Origin: Anaerolineales bacterium
GTDB taxonomy: Bacteria; Chloroflexota; Anaerolineae; Anaerolineales; E44-bin32
NCBI GenBank assembly: GCA_016927115.1
Contig: JAFGNH010000025.1
Coordinates: 1,202 to 65,201 of the forward strand
Reading direction: 5' to 3'
DNA: 64,000 bases
The stretch's first letter is position 1. Each line of letters begins with the position of its first letter. The notes beneath the pieces are model-generated. The model was not told where the DNA came from, searched no databases, and was given only the letters and a program-made list of their open reading frames with translations. Below are positions 22,777 through 33,635 of this stretch, piece after piece. The position numbers and the translations under genes are program-made.

Positions 22777-23502
22777 TCATGCTTTTTCTGACGCATGTGC
22801 CCGGCGGTAATCAACAAACCTGTAGCCGACACCGCGTTCTGTAAGAATGTATTGTGGATTGGAGGGATCTAATTCGAGTTTTTGACGCAGATAGTTGATA
22901 TAAAGCCGAAGATAGTGCGTCTCATCCCTGTACTCATAACCCCATACTTTTGCCAGCAGCTGCTCATGAGGGACAACCCAACCGGCATTCTGCACAAGGT
23001 GGTAAAGCAGTTTATACTCCGTGGGTCGCAGCTTTACCAACTGTCTATCAACCCAAATTTCTCGCCGGTCAAAATCAATTTTAAGGCGGTCATCTACCTG
23101 AATGAGGTCATGCTGAGCTGGGCCGGGGAGCTCGGTCCGGCGAAGTACAGCCCGGACTCGGCTGACCAGCTCACGCGGGCTGAATGGTTTTGTGATGTAA
23201 TCATCCGCCCCAAGCTCAAGCCCGCGTATCTTATCTTCCTCTTCGCCTTTTGCTGTAAGCATGATGACAGGAACCGAGGATAGGTCGCGGATCATTCGCA
23301 GTGTTTCAAAACCGTCCAGATCCGGCATCATGATATCAAGCAGAATCAGATCCGGCATCTTATCGCGCAGTTTCTCAAGGGCGAGTGATCCGGATAAGGC
23401 TTCATAGACTTCAAATCCATCATGTTCGAGATTTAATCGAATGAAATGGATCATTCGCGGTTCATCATCAACCACGAGAATTCTTCTACGTGTTCTGGCC
23501 AT
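22777..23502 (-). CDS. OmpR/KdpE-family response regulator
   Basis: REC domain ([22 protein letters not shown]) plus winged helix ([24 protein letters not shown]). Confidence 0.95.
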   Translation of the reverse strand: MARTRRRILVVDDEPRMIHFIRLNLEHDGFEVYEALSGSLALEKLRDKMPDLILLDIMMPDLDGFETLRMIRDLSSVPVIMLTAKGEEEDKIRGLELGADDYITKPFSPRELVSRVRAVLRRTELPGPAQHDLIQVDDRLKIDFDRREIWVDRQLVKLRPTEYKLLYHLVQNAGWVVPHEQLLAKVWGYEYRDETHYLRLYINYLRQKLELDPSNPQYILTERGVGYRFVDYRRAHASEKA

Positions 23503-23512
23503 AAAACTGTGA

Positions 23513-23755
23513 TTACTCCCGGATGAAACTGATGATATCCTCCTCCTCTGCAGTGGGGAGAAGCTCAATATAGTTGATGCGGTGGAACGGAAGGATTATC
23601 GATACCACATTCTCGAGGACATGGGGCAGGTCTTTTCCATCTCGGCGGCGGGGATTATTCAATGTGATGAAACTATCTGTTGCGCCTGGAAAATCTTCGA
23701 CCTCTGCCCGAATAGGGTCTTCATTACTGACATGGACAAGTACAGGTATAGGCAT
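23513..23755 (-). CDS. Small hypothetical protein (80 aa)
   Basis: AAGGA RBS, tightly packed within the operon, globular beta-rich composition. Confidence 0.7.
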   Translation of the reverse strand: MPIPVLVHVSNEDPIRAEVEDFPGATDSFITLNNPRRRDGKDLPHVLENVVSIILPFHRINYIELLPTAEEEDIISFIRE

Positions 23756-23765
23756 GGAGTTCCTT

Positions 23766-24278
23766 TCACCTTAAGCGGGTAATCAACTGCAGGCGCATCC
23801 GCCCCAATTGAAGAATATCACCATGGCGGATAGGGAAGGGGCGTTGAGGTTCAAGAAAATGACCATTAACCAGGGTGCCATTGGAGCTGTCGAGGTCAAT
23901 CATATAAATACCCTCACTTGTGAGGCGGATTTCTGCATGGATTCTTGATACCCCGTAATCATAAGCATCATATGCTGTCAGATCCACGTCTGGCATAATT
24001 GCCTGGTTCTTTTTTGTCCTTCCCAGCGTATAATTATTGCGACCGACCAGAGAAAGAATATCACCAGATTTGATCTCCTTCAACCCCAGCAATGCACCAG
24101 ACTCCAGAACCGGACCTTCCGGTGTTGTCGGTTTGGTTACAACAGCTTCACGGTCGATCGATTCACGTGTAACTCTTATCGTGGGCATGGAGGAGAGGTG
24201 AACCAGGCGTGTTCCACATTCGCTGCAGAATATGGTTCCAACAAACTCCTGATGCCCACAATTAGGACACCTGATCAT
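23766..24278 (-). CDS. Zinc-ribbon plus FHA domain protein
   Basis: CPNC...CSEC; FHA motifs LGR, GVSR.HA, DL.S.NGT.VNG, GD.LQLG. Confidence 0.92.
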   Translation of the reverse strand: MIRCPNCGHQEFVGTIFCSECGTRLVHLSSMPTIRVTRESIDREAVVTKPTTPEGPVLESGALLGLKEIKSGDILSLVGRNNYTLGRTKKNQAIMPDVDLTAYDAYDYGVSRIHAEIRLTSEGIYMIDLDSSNGTLVNGHFLEPQRPFPIRHGDILQLGRMRLQLITRLR

Positions 24279-25753
24279 GAACCCTCCGTCTTAGCCGGAA
24301 GGAGCAGAGCACGGGTTCCATATTTCAGGAACTTGCCTCCCTGGCTGGAAAACTTGCGTGTATGTGTAACCCGGGCTGCTTCGTTCAGGGCTGCTTTCGC
24401 AAGCTCCCGCTCTCCTGCGGCAAGCAGTTGAGTAGCGAGGTTTTCCAGGCGTCGGGCTGCCTGCTGTGCCTGGCCTATTTCTGCCTCATGCCTGGCTTTC
24501 TCCTGCATTTCATAGAGAGAAATTCTGCTAATTGCCTGTGAGATATCCTGTGGCGGAGGATCCATATCAGGTTTCTCGCTGACAGGAATATCTATTTTCA
24601 GGGGCAGCGGGGTAGATTTATTATTTACTCCGAGTATATCACCATCGATTGTAAGGTGTGCCATTTCAAGATGAGAGATCTGGCCGATGGGGTGAATAAC
24701 CATCTCAAGCAGCAGCCGAATTCTACCATCCCGCGGCAGGTGGCCGAGAAGGAGGGGGAATTGATCACCAAGGGGGTGTGGATCCGGTTCCAGCCGGAAT
24801 GTGGAGCGGAGATCCACCTGCTGCGCGAATGCACCTTCGATAATAACCCGGTTGGCCACAACTTTTTCGAGATTGTGAAATATTTTACTCAGCAGGGCTG
24901 AAATAACTGAGGGCGAATCAAGGAAGAGGACATTGCCACCAGTTCTGGATGAAAGGTCATCCAGAAGCAGATCATTCCAGTCTGAACCAATTCCGAGAGA
25001 ATTGATTGTTATTCCCAGATCGGCGGCTTTTTTTGCCAGGGAAATGCAGAGATCCTCATCACCATATGTTCGGCCATCGGTGAACAGAATCAGATGGTTT
25101 ACACCATCCCGTAGAAACGTCTGCTGCAGAGATTCCATACTCAAATACAATCCCTGCCCGATTTCAGTACCTCCTCCTGCCTGCAGCAGGCTTAATCTCG
25201 CTCTGGCAGTTGTGATTTCCTGTGCCTGGTCTGCTGAAACAATCACTTCAGCCTTATCCGAAAAAGCAACCACTGTTGCCCGGTCATCTCTTTCAAGACT
25301 CTCGAGGATTCGGATGGTAGCTGAACGGACCTGATCCAGGCGAGGACCGCGCATGGAGGTTGACTTATCAATCACGATGCAGACATTAATGGGTGGGCGG
25401 AAAACGGGAATGTTTTCCGATGGTTTAATATCAAGCAGTAAATAGTGAACCTGTGGTTCTCCTAACTGCAGCAGACACTTACGACTGCTCTGGACCTCGC
25501 AAGTATAGCTTGCATCTTCAATCTTCTCTTGCTCGGTTTCCATCAGCTCCTGGTCGTAAGCGATTCGTAATTCCAGATCAGTCAGAGTCTCGTAAGCCTG
25601 GTTGATCAGCAGAAAACGCTCCGTTGCGTCAGCTTCCTTACTGGTGTCAGGATGGATTGCACGGGCAGCGTTTCGATACGCATGCCGAATCGTTTCAGGA
25701 TCCGCGTCTCTAGGGACATTGAGTAGACTGTAATAATCTATCTCCCCCGTCAA
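24275..25753 (-). CDS. DnaJ J-domain / VWA fusion protein
   Basis: DYY.LL...AYR..A..IHPD J-domain; MIDAS DKSTS, GGT, LFTDG. Confidence 0.9.
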   Translation of the reverse strand: MTGEIDYYSLLNVPRDADPETIRHAYRNAARAIHPDTSKEADATERFLLINQAYETLTDLELRIAYDQELMETEQEKIEDASYTCEVQSSRKCLLQLGEPQVHYLLLDIKPSENIPVFRPPINVCIVIDKSTSMRGPRLDQVRSATIRILESLERDDRATVVAFSDKAEVIVSADQAQEITTARARLSLLQAGGGTEIGQGLYLSMESLQQTFLRDGVNHLILFTDGRTYGDEDLCISLAKKAADLGITINSLGIGSDWNDLLLDDLSSRTGGNVLFLDSPSVISALLSKIFHNLEKVVANRVIIEGAFAQQVDLRSTFRLEPDPHPLGDQFPLLLGHLPRDGRIRLLLEMVIHPIGQISHLEMAHLTIDGDILGVNNKSTPLPLKIDIPVSEKPDMDPPPQDISQAISRISLYEMQEKARHEAEIGQAQQAARRLENLATQLLAAGERELAKAALNEAARVTHTRKFSSQGGKFLKYGTRALLLPAKTEGS

Positions 25754-25771
25754 TGTGACACCTCCATTGGA

Positions 25772-26710
25772 TTAGGAAGGCGGGAAGTAAACAAGAATCA
25801 CCGAAATGTTATCCGGTCCACCAGCGGTATTGGCGGCAAGGACCAGATCATTGCACGCCTGCTGCAGTGTAGGGGCATCATTGATGATCTTATGAATCTG
25901 GTGATCATCGACAACCCCCCACAAACCATCTGAGCAAAGGATTAATGTTGCATCCTGAGGCGCTGGGTGTGTAATGATATCAATTTCAAGATTCGCTCCC
26001 TGGCCGATTGCCCTGTAGAGTACATTGCGCTGCGGGTGGACTGCTGCTTCTTCCACAGTGATCTGACCCAGTTCACAGAGACGTTCAACCAGCGAGTGAT
26101 CCCGTGTGAGCTGCTTTATGGAATCCTTGGAGCAAACGTAGGCCCGGCTGTCTCCAACATGACCGATGGTTATATGATTTCCCATGTAAAGCACGGTGGT
26201 CAGGGTTGTGCCACCACCGGGAACTTTTTCAACGACATTCAGATTGGAATCTTCCATTGCTTCACGCACAAGTTCCTGCAGAGGCTGATTTTCTGTGTCC
26301 GAACTTGAGTTATAGAGATGCAGGAAGACCTTATCAACCAGGTGGCTGACAACTGTGTTGATTGAAATGGCGCTTGCCAGTTCACCGGCTCGATGGCCGC
26401 CCATGCCATCAGCGATAATGTACAGACCGAATACAGATGGCAGTTCCTGTCCCTCTGAATTGGTATGCATGAAAAACAGGGAGTCTTCGTTATGGCTTCT
26501 CTCCAGACCTGTTGACTGAGCACTTGCGGCGATAATCCGTTTTTGCGGAAGTTCTGCAGCAAGGATTTGCTGTGCCTGTGGGTTCAGTGGCGCAGTGTCA
26601 AGACTATCAGGGGCAGGGGTTTTCCCCGCTTTTCCGGATCTGCCCAGAAGGTGCTGCAGGGCACGAAGTAATGGATTTGCAGCTATTTTTGCCATAAATA
26701 CTTGCCTCAT
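25772..26710 (-). CDS. PP2C-family Ser/Thr protein phosphatase
   Basis: R..NED, ADGMGG, GDSRAY, T.DHS, CSDGL, GGPDN motifs. Confidence 0.95.
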   Translation of the reverse strand: MRQVFMAKIAANPLLRALQHLLGRSGKAGKTPAPDSLDTAPLNPQAQQILAAELPQKRIIAASAQSTGLERSHNEDSLFFMHTNSEGQELPSVFGLYIIADGMGGHRAGELASAISINTVVSHLVDKVFLHLYNSSSDTENQPLQELVREAMEDSNLNVVEKVPGGGTTLTTVLYMGNHITIGHVGDSRAYVCSKDSIKQLTRDHSLVERLCELGQITVEEAAVHPQRNVLYRAIGQGANLEIDIITHPAPQDATLILCSDGLWGVVDDHQIHKIINDAPTLQQACNDLVLAANTAGGPDNISVILVYFPPS

Positions 26711-26713
26711 TAG

Positions 26714-28600
26714 TTAGGTCAGTAAAGCATACAATTTATGATCAAGCGAACCTACGTACAGTGTACGTGTAATTTCATCTATAAAAGCTGTGCCTGTAAT
26801 CGGTCCGTTAGTCCTGAATTTCCAGCGCAGTCTTCCCGAGCGCATATCAAGACAGTACATTGCGCCATCAACAGATCCAATATACACCGAATCCTCTACA
26901 ATGACAGGTGTTGCTGTAACCTGGTGTTCGGTTTTGTAGCGCCAGATTTCATGACTTGAGGATGCATCTATGCAGTATACATGACCATCAGCACAACCAG
27001 TATATATTTTACCTTCAGAATACACCGGGGATGAAACAATCTGGCGTCCCATCCTGAAGCGCCACAATTGCCAGCCGGCTTCTGCTTCCACTGCGTACAG
27101 GGTCCAGTCCAGGGATCCGAAGTAGAGAATCCCGTCTACTATGATAGGGGAAGATGTAATTGCCCGTTTCGCATGAAAACGCCATTTCATCTCGCCTCGG
27201 AAATCAAAGGAATAAAAATCGCCGGTCTCACAACCAAAAAACACACGGTCTTCAATAACCAGTGGAGTGGAGCGAATGGCACTTGCTGCATTTGCCCTCC
27301 AGGCGCGTTGCCCTGAGAGCATATTTACGACGTGCATAGAACTGTCGTCTGATCCGAAAAAGAGATGATTCTCATATATGACAGGGGAAGAACGAATCGG
27401 GCCTTCTGTATAGTAGGACCATATTATCTGACCGCTGCTTAAAGATACGGCATACATGCGGTGGTCTTCCGATCCAAAGAAAACCATATCGTCATATGCC
27501 GTAGGCTTGGTGGCGATACCGCCTTCGGTTGCATATTTCCAGAGGAATTTCCCCGATTTTGCATCCAGTGCATACAGGTTGTTGTCGTAACACCCAATGA
27601 GGACTGCACCTTCGTGAACAAGTGGAGAAGCGCGAAGCTCATCCTCGCATTCGAAGGACCACAGTTCTTTTACGTCTCCCTCACGGGCGAGCGCGGTTTT
27701 CAACTTCACCGAATGGAGGATTCCTGTATCAGTGGCAACGCCCAGGAGGGCTTGCTTGAACATCTCTGTACTCGGATAACGGTCTTTAGGATCATACGCG
27801 AGGGAGATTTTTATAGCTTCCTCAAGCTGTAAAGAAACTGCTGAATTTATTGACCGGATCGGGCGTTCGGCAAATGAGAAGGGTGGCTCTGCTCGCGGGT
27901 CCCGCTTTGTAAGCAAATGATGGAGTGTTGCTCCAAGTGCATAGATATCACCAGGAGGTGATGCTTCGCCGCGGTATTGTTCCGGAGGCGAATAACCCTC
28001 CGTACCAATCATGGTGCCTTTTTCCCCGGGTTGGAAGTTCCGTGCTATGCCAAAATCGATAAGGCGGATGTGACTCAGTTGATCGATCATGACATTGGAT
28101 GGTTTCATATCACGAAAGACAATCGGTTGCGGCTTGTGATTGTGGATATAACTCAAAACATCGCAGAGTTCGATGCCCCAGGATATCACTTGCTCCTCAT
28201 CCAGAAAGCCCTCAGTTCCTTTGAGAATAGCCTCCAGGTCCTTCCCCTCAATAAATTCCATGACAAGGTATGAGCTGTTTTCATGGCTGAAATAATCATA
28301 AATGCGGGGGATAGCAGGATGGGAGAGTGTCGCCAGCATATCTGACTCACGCTCAAAATTCTTGATGATCATCTCATGCATGGTTGGATCCGAAGCAAGA
28401 TTGATCATTTCCTTTACGGCTACAAGTTTTGTCACATTGGGGAAATGTAAATCACGACCTTTATAGACCGAACTCATTCCGCCGGAGCCAATATTTCCTA
28501 GAATGAGATAACGGTCCTGTAAGGTGATACCTGGTTGGAGTTTACCAATGTGGCCGGTTGATCCGGGCACGCCTCCCAATGATCTGGTTGTCCTACGCAT
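26714..28600 (-). CDS. Hanks Ser/Thr kinase with C-terminal PQQ-like beta-propeller repeats (AfsK-like architecture)
   Basis: GSGGMS.V, VAVK, FRDMKPSN, DFG, PPE; then about 8 repeats of SSP.....v.FGS.D..lYa.d...G...W. Confidence 0.93.
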   Translation of the reverse strand: MRRTTRSLGGVPGSTGHIGKLQPGITLQDRYLILGNIGSGGMSSVYKGRDLHFPNVTKLVAVKEMINLASDPTMHEMIIKNFERESDMLATLSHPAIPRIYDYFSHENSSYLVMEFIEGKDLEAILKGTEGFLDEEQVISWGIELCDVLSYIHNHKPQPIVFRDMKPSNVMIDQLSHIRLIDFGIARNFQPGEKGTMIGTEGYSPPEQYRGEASPPGDIYALGATLHHLLTKRDPRAEPPFSFAERPIRSINSAVSLQLEEAIKISLAYDPKDRYPSTEMFKQALLGVATDTGILHSVKLKTALAREGDVKELWSFECEDELRASPLVHEGAVLIGCYDNNLYALDAKSGKFLWKYATEGGIATKPTAYDDMVFFGSEDHRMYAVSLSSGQIIWSYYTEGPIRSSPVIYENHLFFGSDDSSMHVVNMLSGQRAWRANAASAIRSTPLVIEDRVFFGCETGDFYSFDFRGEMKWRFHAKRAITSSPIIVDGILYFGSLDWTLYAVEAEAGWQLWRFRMGRQIVSSPVYSEGKIYTGCADGHVYCIDASSSHEIWRYKTEHQVTATPVIVEDSVYIGSVDGAMYCLDMRSGRLRWKFRTNGPITGTAFIDEITRTLYVGSLDHKLYALLT

Positions 28601-28723
28601 GAGTCCAATTCACCATTAGTGGATTATAGCATTTCGAAAGCAAATATTAATAAATTGATAGACATATCATCACGGATAACATTAAAAAATGCAACCGTTC
28701 CGTCATGCAAGCTCAGATAGTTT

Positions 28724-29740
28724 TCAATATTGCCTGTTCAGAAGTCGTTCAGCAAGGTCGGAAAGGATAATTTTACACTCCTTGCTTGCCCCCGAACAGG
28801 TCAGGCTTTCCAGCGCCAGATTGGTATGACGATGTGCCTCTTCGAGTGTGGTTTCGCGTACCCCGGCATTGTTTAATAACTGCAGCATGGTATCCATGTC
28901 GGTTTGAGAGAAGGATGGTTTCGACCACGCCGCAGCGAAGTCAACTGAATCTCTCAAACCGAGCAGCACCGGAAGGGTCTTCTTTCTGGAGAGGATATCG
29001 GCGCCGGTAGGTTTGCCGGTCTCGCCAGAATCTCCCCAGATTCCCAGGATGTCATCGAGCAGTTGGAAAGCCATCCCGAGATGGAACCCGAATTTCTGGT
29101 AGAAAAGTGATTGGTTTTCATTCACCCCGGCAAGGACGGCCCCGATCTGACAGGAAGCTGCCAGAAGTGAGGCGGTCTTACCCTGGATCATGCGGTAATA
29201 CTCATCGATATTAACCCCACTACGGGTTTCAAAGGTTAGATCGAGATGCTGACCTATGGTCAGCTCCAGGCTCGCATTGTTCAGGATCTGTAGAGCTGTG
29301 AGGATGGTTTCCGGAGATGAGTACTCTTTTTGCATCCGATCCAGGAACATATGAGCGAGTACGAATAGTGAATCACCGGTATTAATGGATTGAGCTGTAC
29401 CCCAGACAGCCCAGAGTGTCGGTCTGCCGCGGCGGGTATCACTTTGATCCTGGATATCATCATGGACCAGAGAAAAGTTATGAATGGTTTCAACAGCTGC
29501 TGCTGCCGGCAGAGCATCCTCCCATCGTCCGCCCGCAGCCTGGCAGCAGAGGAGTGTCAGCAGAGGGCGAACGCGTTTTCCCGAAGCTCCTTGATTGCCC
29601 TGATCCCAACCAAAGTGATGGTTGACCATTGTTTTCATCTCTGCATTGCAGGCTTCATCAAGCCATGACTGCAAGGAGAGTAGTGTATTCTCAATCGCGG
29701 TTTTCATCTTTTCAAGGGAAGCAGTATTGGTCCCAGTCAT
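28724..29740 (-). CDS. Short-chain polyprenyl (GGPP) synthase
   Basis: GKRVRP, FARM HNFSLVHDDIQD..RRG, GQ..D, KT, SARM FQLLDD. Confidence 0.92.
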   Translation of the reverse strand: MTGTNTASLEKMKTAIENTLLSLQSWLDEACNAEMKTMVNHHFGWDQGNQGASGKRVRPLLTLLCCQAAGGRWEDALPAAAAVETIHNFSLVHDDIQDQSDTRRGRPTLWAVWGTAQSINTGDSLFVLAHMFLDRMQKEYSSPETILTALQILNNASLELTIGQHLDLTFETRSGVNIDEYYRMIQGKTASLLAASCQIGAVLAGVNENQSLFYQKFGFHLGMAFQLLDDILGIWGDSGETGKPTGADILSRKKTLPVLLGLRDSVDFAAAWSKPSFSQTDMDTMLQLLNNAGVRETTLEEAHRHTNLALESLTCSGASKECKIILSDLAERLLNRQY

Positions 29741-30774
29741 TAAATACTCTCTACTACGGGTTTTGATCTGAGCTCATTCAGTGAAGAACAGCCGGAAACG
29801 AACATCGCTGTACGCAGCTGTTGCAGAAATATTTCTACTGCTTGTGAAGCGCTGTATTCGTCCTGTGATGAAGCAAGGAGGAAGGGCCTGGCGGCGCCGG
29901 CAAGATCTGCGCCCAGAGCGATGCTTTTTGCAGCATCCACACCATTCCGGATACCTCCGGAGGCAATGATTGGCAGTTTTGGATAAGCCTCACGCAAGCT
30001 GAGCAGGGCATCTGCTGTTGGGATTCCCCAGTTGTTGAATGCGTCAGCAACTTCATGCAGCATGTGGCCTCCAGCGCGGATTTTCTCTACTTTTGCCCAG
30101 GAAGTTCCTCCCGCACCTGCGATGTCGATCACCTGTACTCCGGCATTCACAAGCTGACGGGTAGTGGCGACATCAATTCCCCAGCCAACTTCTTTGATGA
30201 GCACAGGAACTTCCAGCGCATGGCAGACAGCTTCTATTTTCTTTAGCAAGCCGGAAAAATTGGTTTCTCCTTCGATCTGCAGGGCTTCCTGAAGTGGATT
30301 CAGGTGGAGGAAAAGACCATCAGCATGCAGCAGATCTACAGCATAACGGCAGGTGTCAATACTGTAGCCGTAATTAAGCTGAACAGCCCCCAGGTTCGCA
30401 AAGATCAGTGTGTTTGGTGCAGCTTCCCGGACGATGGAGAAAGAGCGTGCAGTTTCAGGATCTTCCACGAAAGCTCGCTGGGATCCGACTCCAATGGCGA
30501 TTCGGTGTTCTTCTGCTGCGATAGCCAGCTGCCGATTCAGAATCCTGGCTTTTTCTGTTCCACCTGTCATCGAGGAGATCAGAACGGGGGCATTCAATCG
30601 TGTGCCCAGGAATGTTGTATCGGTCTGTATATCCGCCAGATTGATTTCCGGCAGTGCTTTATGGATCATTCTGAATCGCTCGAATCCAGATGTAATTCCG
30701 GATCTCACGTCATGCTCAAGATTGATCCTGATATGGTCATTCTTTCGTTGTGGAAGTTGCGTATCTTCAGGCAT
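29740..30774 (-). CDS. fni: Type 2 (FMN-dependent) isopentenyl-diphosphate isomerase
   Basis: [43 protein letters not shown] motifs. Confidence 0.95.
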   Translation of the reverse strand: MPEDTQLPQRKNDHIRINLEHDVRSGITSGFERFRMIHKALPEINLADIQTDTTFLGTRLNAPVLISSMTGGTEKARILNRQLAIAAEEHRIAIGVGSQRAFVEDPETARSFSIVREAAPNTLIFANLGAVQLNYGYSIDTCRYAVDLLHADGLFLHLNPLQEALQIEGETNFSGLLKKIEAVCHALEVPVLIKEVGWGIDVATTRQLVNAGVQVIDIAGAGGTSWAKVEKIRAGGHMLHEVADAFNNWGIPTADALLSLREAYPKLPIIASGGIRNGVDAAKSIALGADLAGAARPFLLASSQDEYSASQAVEIFLQQLRTAMFVSGCSSLNELRSKPVVESI

Positions 30775-30891
30775 AGTTATGTGTTCAACACTCTGAATGG
30801 GTTTGGAATTTTATTAATCAGCTTGCATACTCACAGACCCTTGCTTACAATCAGGATACTGACTTACTCTCAAACACCTCTGGAGGTAATT

Positions 30892-31128
30892 ATGGCAGAC
30901 ACATTCGCAGAAGTAAAAGGAATCATTGTGGAATTGTTAGGTGTCGAGGATTCAAAGGTTACCCTTGAATCCCGTTTTCGGGAAGATCTCGAAGCGGATT
31001 CCCTCGACCTTGTTGAGCTGATCATGGCTTTCGAAGAAAAGTATGGCGGCGAAATTTCAGATGAAGAGGCACAGAAGATTCAATCTGTGGGTGACATTGT
31101 CGGCTATATTGAAGCGAATATGAAATAG
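30892..31128 (+). CDS. acpP: Acyl carrier protein
   Basis: [18 protein letters not shown] phosphopantetheine motif; GGAGG RBS. Confidence 0.97.
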   Translation: MADTFAEVKGIIVELLGVEDSKVTLESRFREDLEADSLDLVELIMAFEEKYGGEISDEEAQKIQSVGDIVGYIEANMK

Positions 31129-31214
31129 TTCATCTTCATTTACAGCGGTATCAAACGTTGACCTGACAGGATTCTTGCTTCTTGATGCCGGATGTGAGGA
31201 ACAATCTGGTATGG

Positions 31215-31251
31215 AGCCGGGAATAGCAACTGGATTCTCGGCTGTTTTTTT
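31215..31251 (+). terminator. Intrinsic terminator downstream of acpP
   Basis: AGCCGGGAAT/ATTCTCGGCT stem followed by T7. Confidence 0.7.
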
Positions 31252-31448
31252 ACTTGTTTGGCAGTATCTCATTACAACAGTCACGTGATGGCTTTATCTA
31301 TTCATACAATAACGTGGCAACAATACATCATGCTGTAAGTTATGACCCATAGTGTACTCAGAGTTCGGAATAAAGAAATCGGAGGATGGTAGTTGAGGTT
31401 GAGAACCACTTTTCCGCTGTTTGTGAATGCCCATTATATGCAAAGAGA

Positions 31449-31481
31449 AAGGGCTGTCCTGTGATTTATGGAACAGCCCTT
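31449..31481 (-). terminator. Probable terminator of the 31524..31916 gene
   Basis: AAGGGCTGT/ACAGCCCTT inverted repeat. Confidence 0.6.
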
Positions 31482-31523
31482 AATTATATTCAAACAAACC
31501 GCTTTTATCTTGTGGGGGGGTGC

Positions 31524-31916
31524 TTAATCCATATCTTTCTTCTTCATCCCGGTATCAATCGTGTGTAGAAGTTCGGGTGCATCTTCGAGAACATCAATGA
31601 GATTATAAGGCAGTTCCGACATCATGGGAGGGAGTGGGGCGTTTGCAATTGATTGTATCTTTTCCGGGATTGGCGGAATAGTTGCATGGTGTCCATTTGA
31701 TCCATTCACGCGTTGGCGAACAATTCGAGGGCCATCTGTGATCCAACCCACGTACGCGCCTTCAACATTGTAGACAGACTTGTCTTTCTGAACCCAGCCA
31801 ATCCATTCCCCTTGTATGTTATATAGATAGGGATACATCATAATTGCCGAGAAATCACCGGGAGTAGTGTATATCGGAATTTTAGTTCCATGCTGCTTAA
31901 TACCGTTTTCTAGCAT
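31524..31916 (-). CDS. Hypothetical protein with repeated Y-N-x-x-G-x-[WY]-[IV]-G-W hairpins (4-fold beta-flower-like)
   Basis: YNIQGEWIGW / YNVEGAYVGW repeats, Pro-rich tail; GGAGG RBS. Confidence 0.65.
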   Translation of the reverse strand: MLENGIKQHGTKIPIYTTPGDFSAIMMYPYLYNIQGEWIGWVQKDKSVYNVEGAYVGWITDGPRIVRQRVNGSNGHHATIPPIPEKIQSIANAPLPPMMSELPYNLIDVLEDAPELLHTIDTGMKKKDMD

Positions 31917-32124
31917 TGGCACCTCCTTGATGACCCAGCTTATGGCTGTGTTCAGATCAATTGCGGGGGACAGGTTTATTTCTTGAGCAGAAAGAACCGG
32001 GAAAAGGAAACGCTCAAACAGATCAACCTTCCACTTCTATATATACCTATTATCGCGGATATTTTCCACCCGTAAAGAAGTACTGGTTGAATTAACTCTG
32101 AATTTATCCATAGGCCAGTGAAAT

Positions 32125-32634
32125 TTACTGTATATCGGAGTAAGTCCAGAGCCGGTTTGCACCAAAATTCCAGAACATAACAACGATCACAGCAATTGCC
32201 AGGGCTAGATTCCTGCCGAGTGTAACGCTGTCCAATGTGCCAGGGAGAATACTGAGCAGCTTGTTGACTGCACTTGGTTGAGCCAGGAGTGGCAGAAGCT
32301 TGTTCTCTGAAAAGGAAATCATCGGCTTTTCAGACAAGACAAACACCGGCGTACGGATAACCCAGCCAACGATATTAATAAGGAAGAATTGAGAAGCCTG
32401 TCGGAGTACTGGTTTTGACCGCGAATCCGGATAGGTCCATATACGGTTCCAGAAGAAGTTACTGGCTACAGCGGCGATAAAGGATAAGGTGCTGGCTGCA
32501 ACACTCCAGACATTAAATACTCCATTCAGCAGATTAAAAGTGCCAAAATCAACGACTGCACCAATAGCACCGACTACCATGAATTTGATGAAGCGTTTGC
32601 TTTCACGCTTGATCCGGGCTGATTTTATGCTCAT
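32125..32634 (-). CDS. GtrA family membrane protein
   Basis: RFIKF..VG..G..VD, NF.WNR.WT, four TMs. Confidence 0.9.
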   Translation of the reverse strand: MSIKSARIKRESKRFIKFMVVGAIGAVVDFGTFNLLNGVFNVWSVAASTLSFIAAVASNFFWNRIWTYPDSRSKPVLRQASQFFLINIVGWVIRTPVFVLSEKPMISFSENKLLPLLAQPSAVNKLLSILPGTLDSVTLGRNLALAIAVIVVMFWNFGANRLWTYSDIQ

Positions 32635-33581
32635 AAGCGGCTGCGAAAATCATTAATGGTTTGTTCTAGGCCAGATGATAAGGAAACAGAGGGCGACCAG
32701 CCGAGGATTTCAAGCGCCCGGGAAATATCCGGCTTTCTACGCTGAGGATCTTCCGGGTCTCGACTGTCGGGTTCGATCTTCAAACCGCCCTGATTTGCGG
32801 TTATTTCATTGATCGTATTGGCCAATTCGATGATTGTCATTTCGTTGGGATTACCAATATTTACCGGCTCGTGAAAATCCGACATCAGCAGCCGGACGAT
32901 TCCATCAACCAGGTCATCGATATAGCAGAAGCTGCGTGTTTGTTCCCCGTCTCCGTAGATTGTAAGCGGTTTATTCTCAAGCGCCTGGCAGATAAAGTTC
33001 GGGACTACACGGCCGTCATCAAGGCGCATTCTTGGGCCATAGGTGTTGAAAATACGCACGATACGGGTATCAAGGTTGTGATAGCGGTGATACGCCATGG
33101 TGATAGCTTCTGCAAACCGCTTCGCTTCATCGTAAACCGAACGAGGACCGATCGGGTCGACGAATCCTCGATAGGATTCTTTCTGGGGGTGTTCCTGTGG
33201 ATCTCCGTAGACTTCGGATGTCGAAGCGAGCAGGAAGCGAGCCTGATGTGCATTGGCTACACCAAGTGCGTTATGGGTGCCAAGTGACCCCACTTTAAGG
33301 GTCTGAATCGGCAGATTCGGGTATCCAAAGGGAGATGCTGCATTAGGGCTGGCTGGTGATGCAAAGTGCAAAACGGCATCCAATTTGCCCGGGATAAAAA
33401 TAAAGTTGGATACATCAAGCTTATAGAACTCAAAGTCATCTCTTCCGAATAGATGCTGAATATTTTCGAGACTTCCTGTAACCAGATTATCTACCACGGC
33501 AACCTGGTGATTCTCTTGCAGCAGGCGATCACATAAATGGGATCCAATAAAACCAGCGCCACCTGTAATTAATATTCTCAC
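32631..33581 (-). CDS. UDP-glucuronate decarboxylase family SDR enzyme
   Basis: [57 protein letters not shown]. Confidence 0.93.
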   Translation of the reverse strand: MRILITGGAGFIGSHLCDRLLQENHQVAVVDNLVTGSLENIQHLFGRDDFEFYKLDVSNFIFIPGKLDAVLHFASPASPNAASPFGYPNLPIQTLKVGSLGTHNALGVANAHQARFLLASTSEVYGDPQEHPQKESYRGFVDPIGPRSVYDEAKRFAEAITMAYHRYHNLDTRIVRIFNTYGPRMRLDDGRVVPNFICQALENKPLTIYGDGEQTRSFCYIDDLVDGIVRLLMSDFHEPVNIGNPNEMTIIELANTINEITANQGGLKIEPDSRDPEDPQRRKPDISRALEILGWSPSVSLSSGLEQTINDFRSRL

Positions 33582-33635
33582 GTTCTCTCTCCTGTTCCAG
33601 TAAAAACCGACATGTATCCTACCACCAGTGCTGCT

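Noticed and set aside
28687-28702. Sigma-54-like TGACGGAACGGTTGCA upstream of the kinase operon
   Set aside because: Lacks the invariant GG at -24; an extended -10 TGCTATAAT nearer the gene explains transcription.
30304-30891. Long N-terminal extension on ACP in the ORF track
   Set aside because: Mostly antisense to fni; the true start is ATG 30892 with a GGAGG RBS.
31386-31568. 60-aa Cys-containing ORF as a possible peptide precursor
   Set aside because: GGAGG abuts the ATG with no spacer, the ORF runs through a terminator hairpin and overlaps the convergent gene, and no maturase is nearby.
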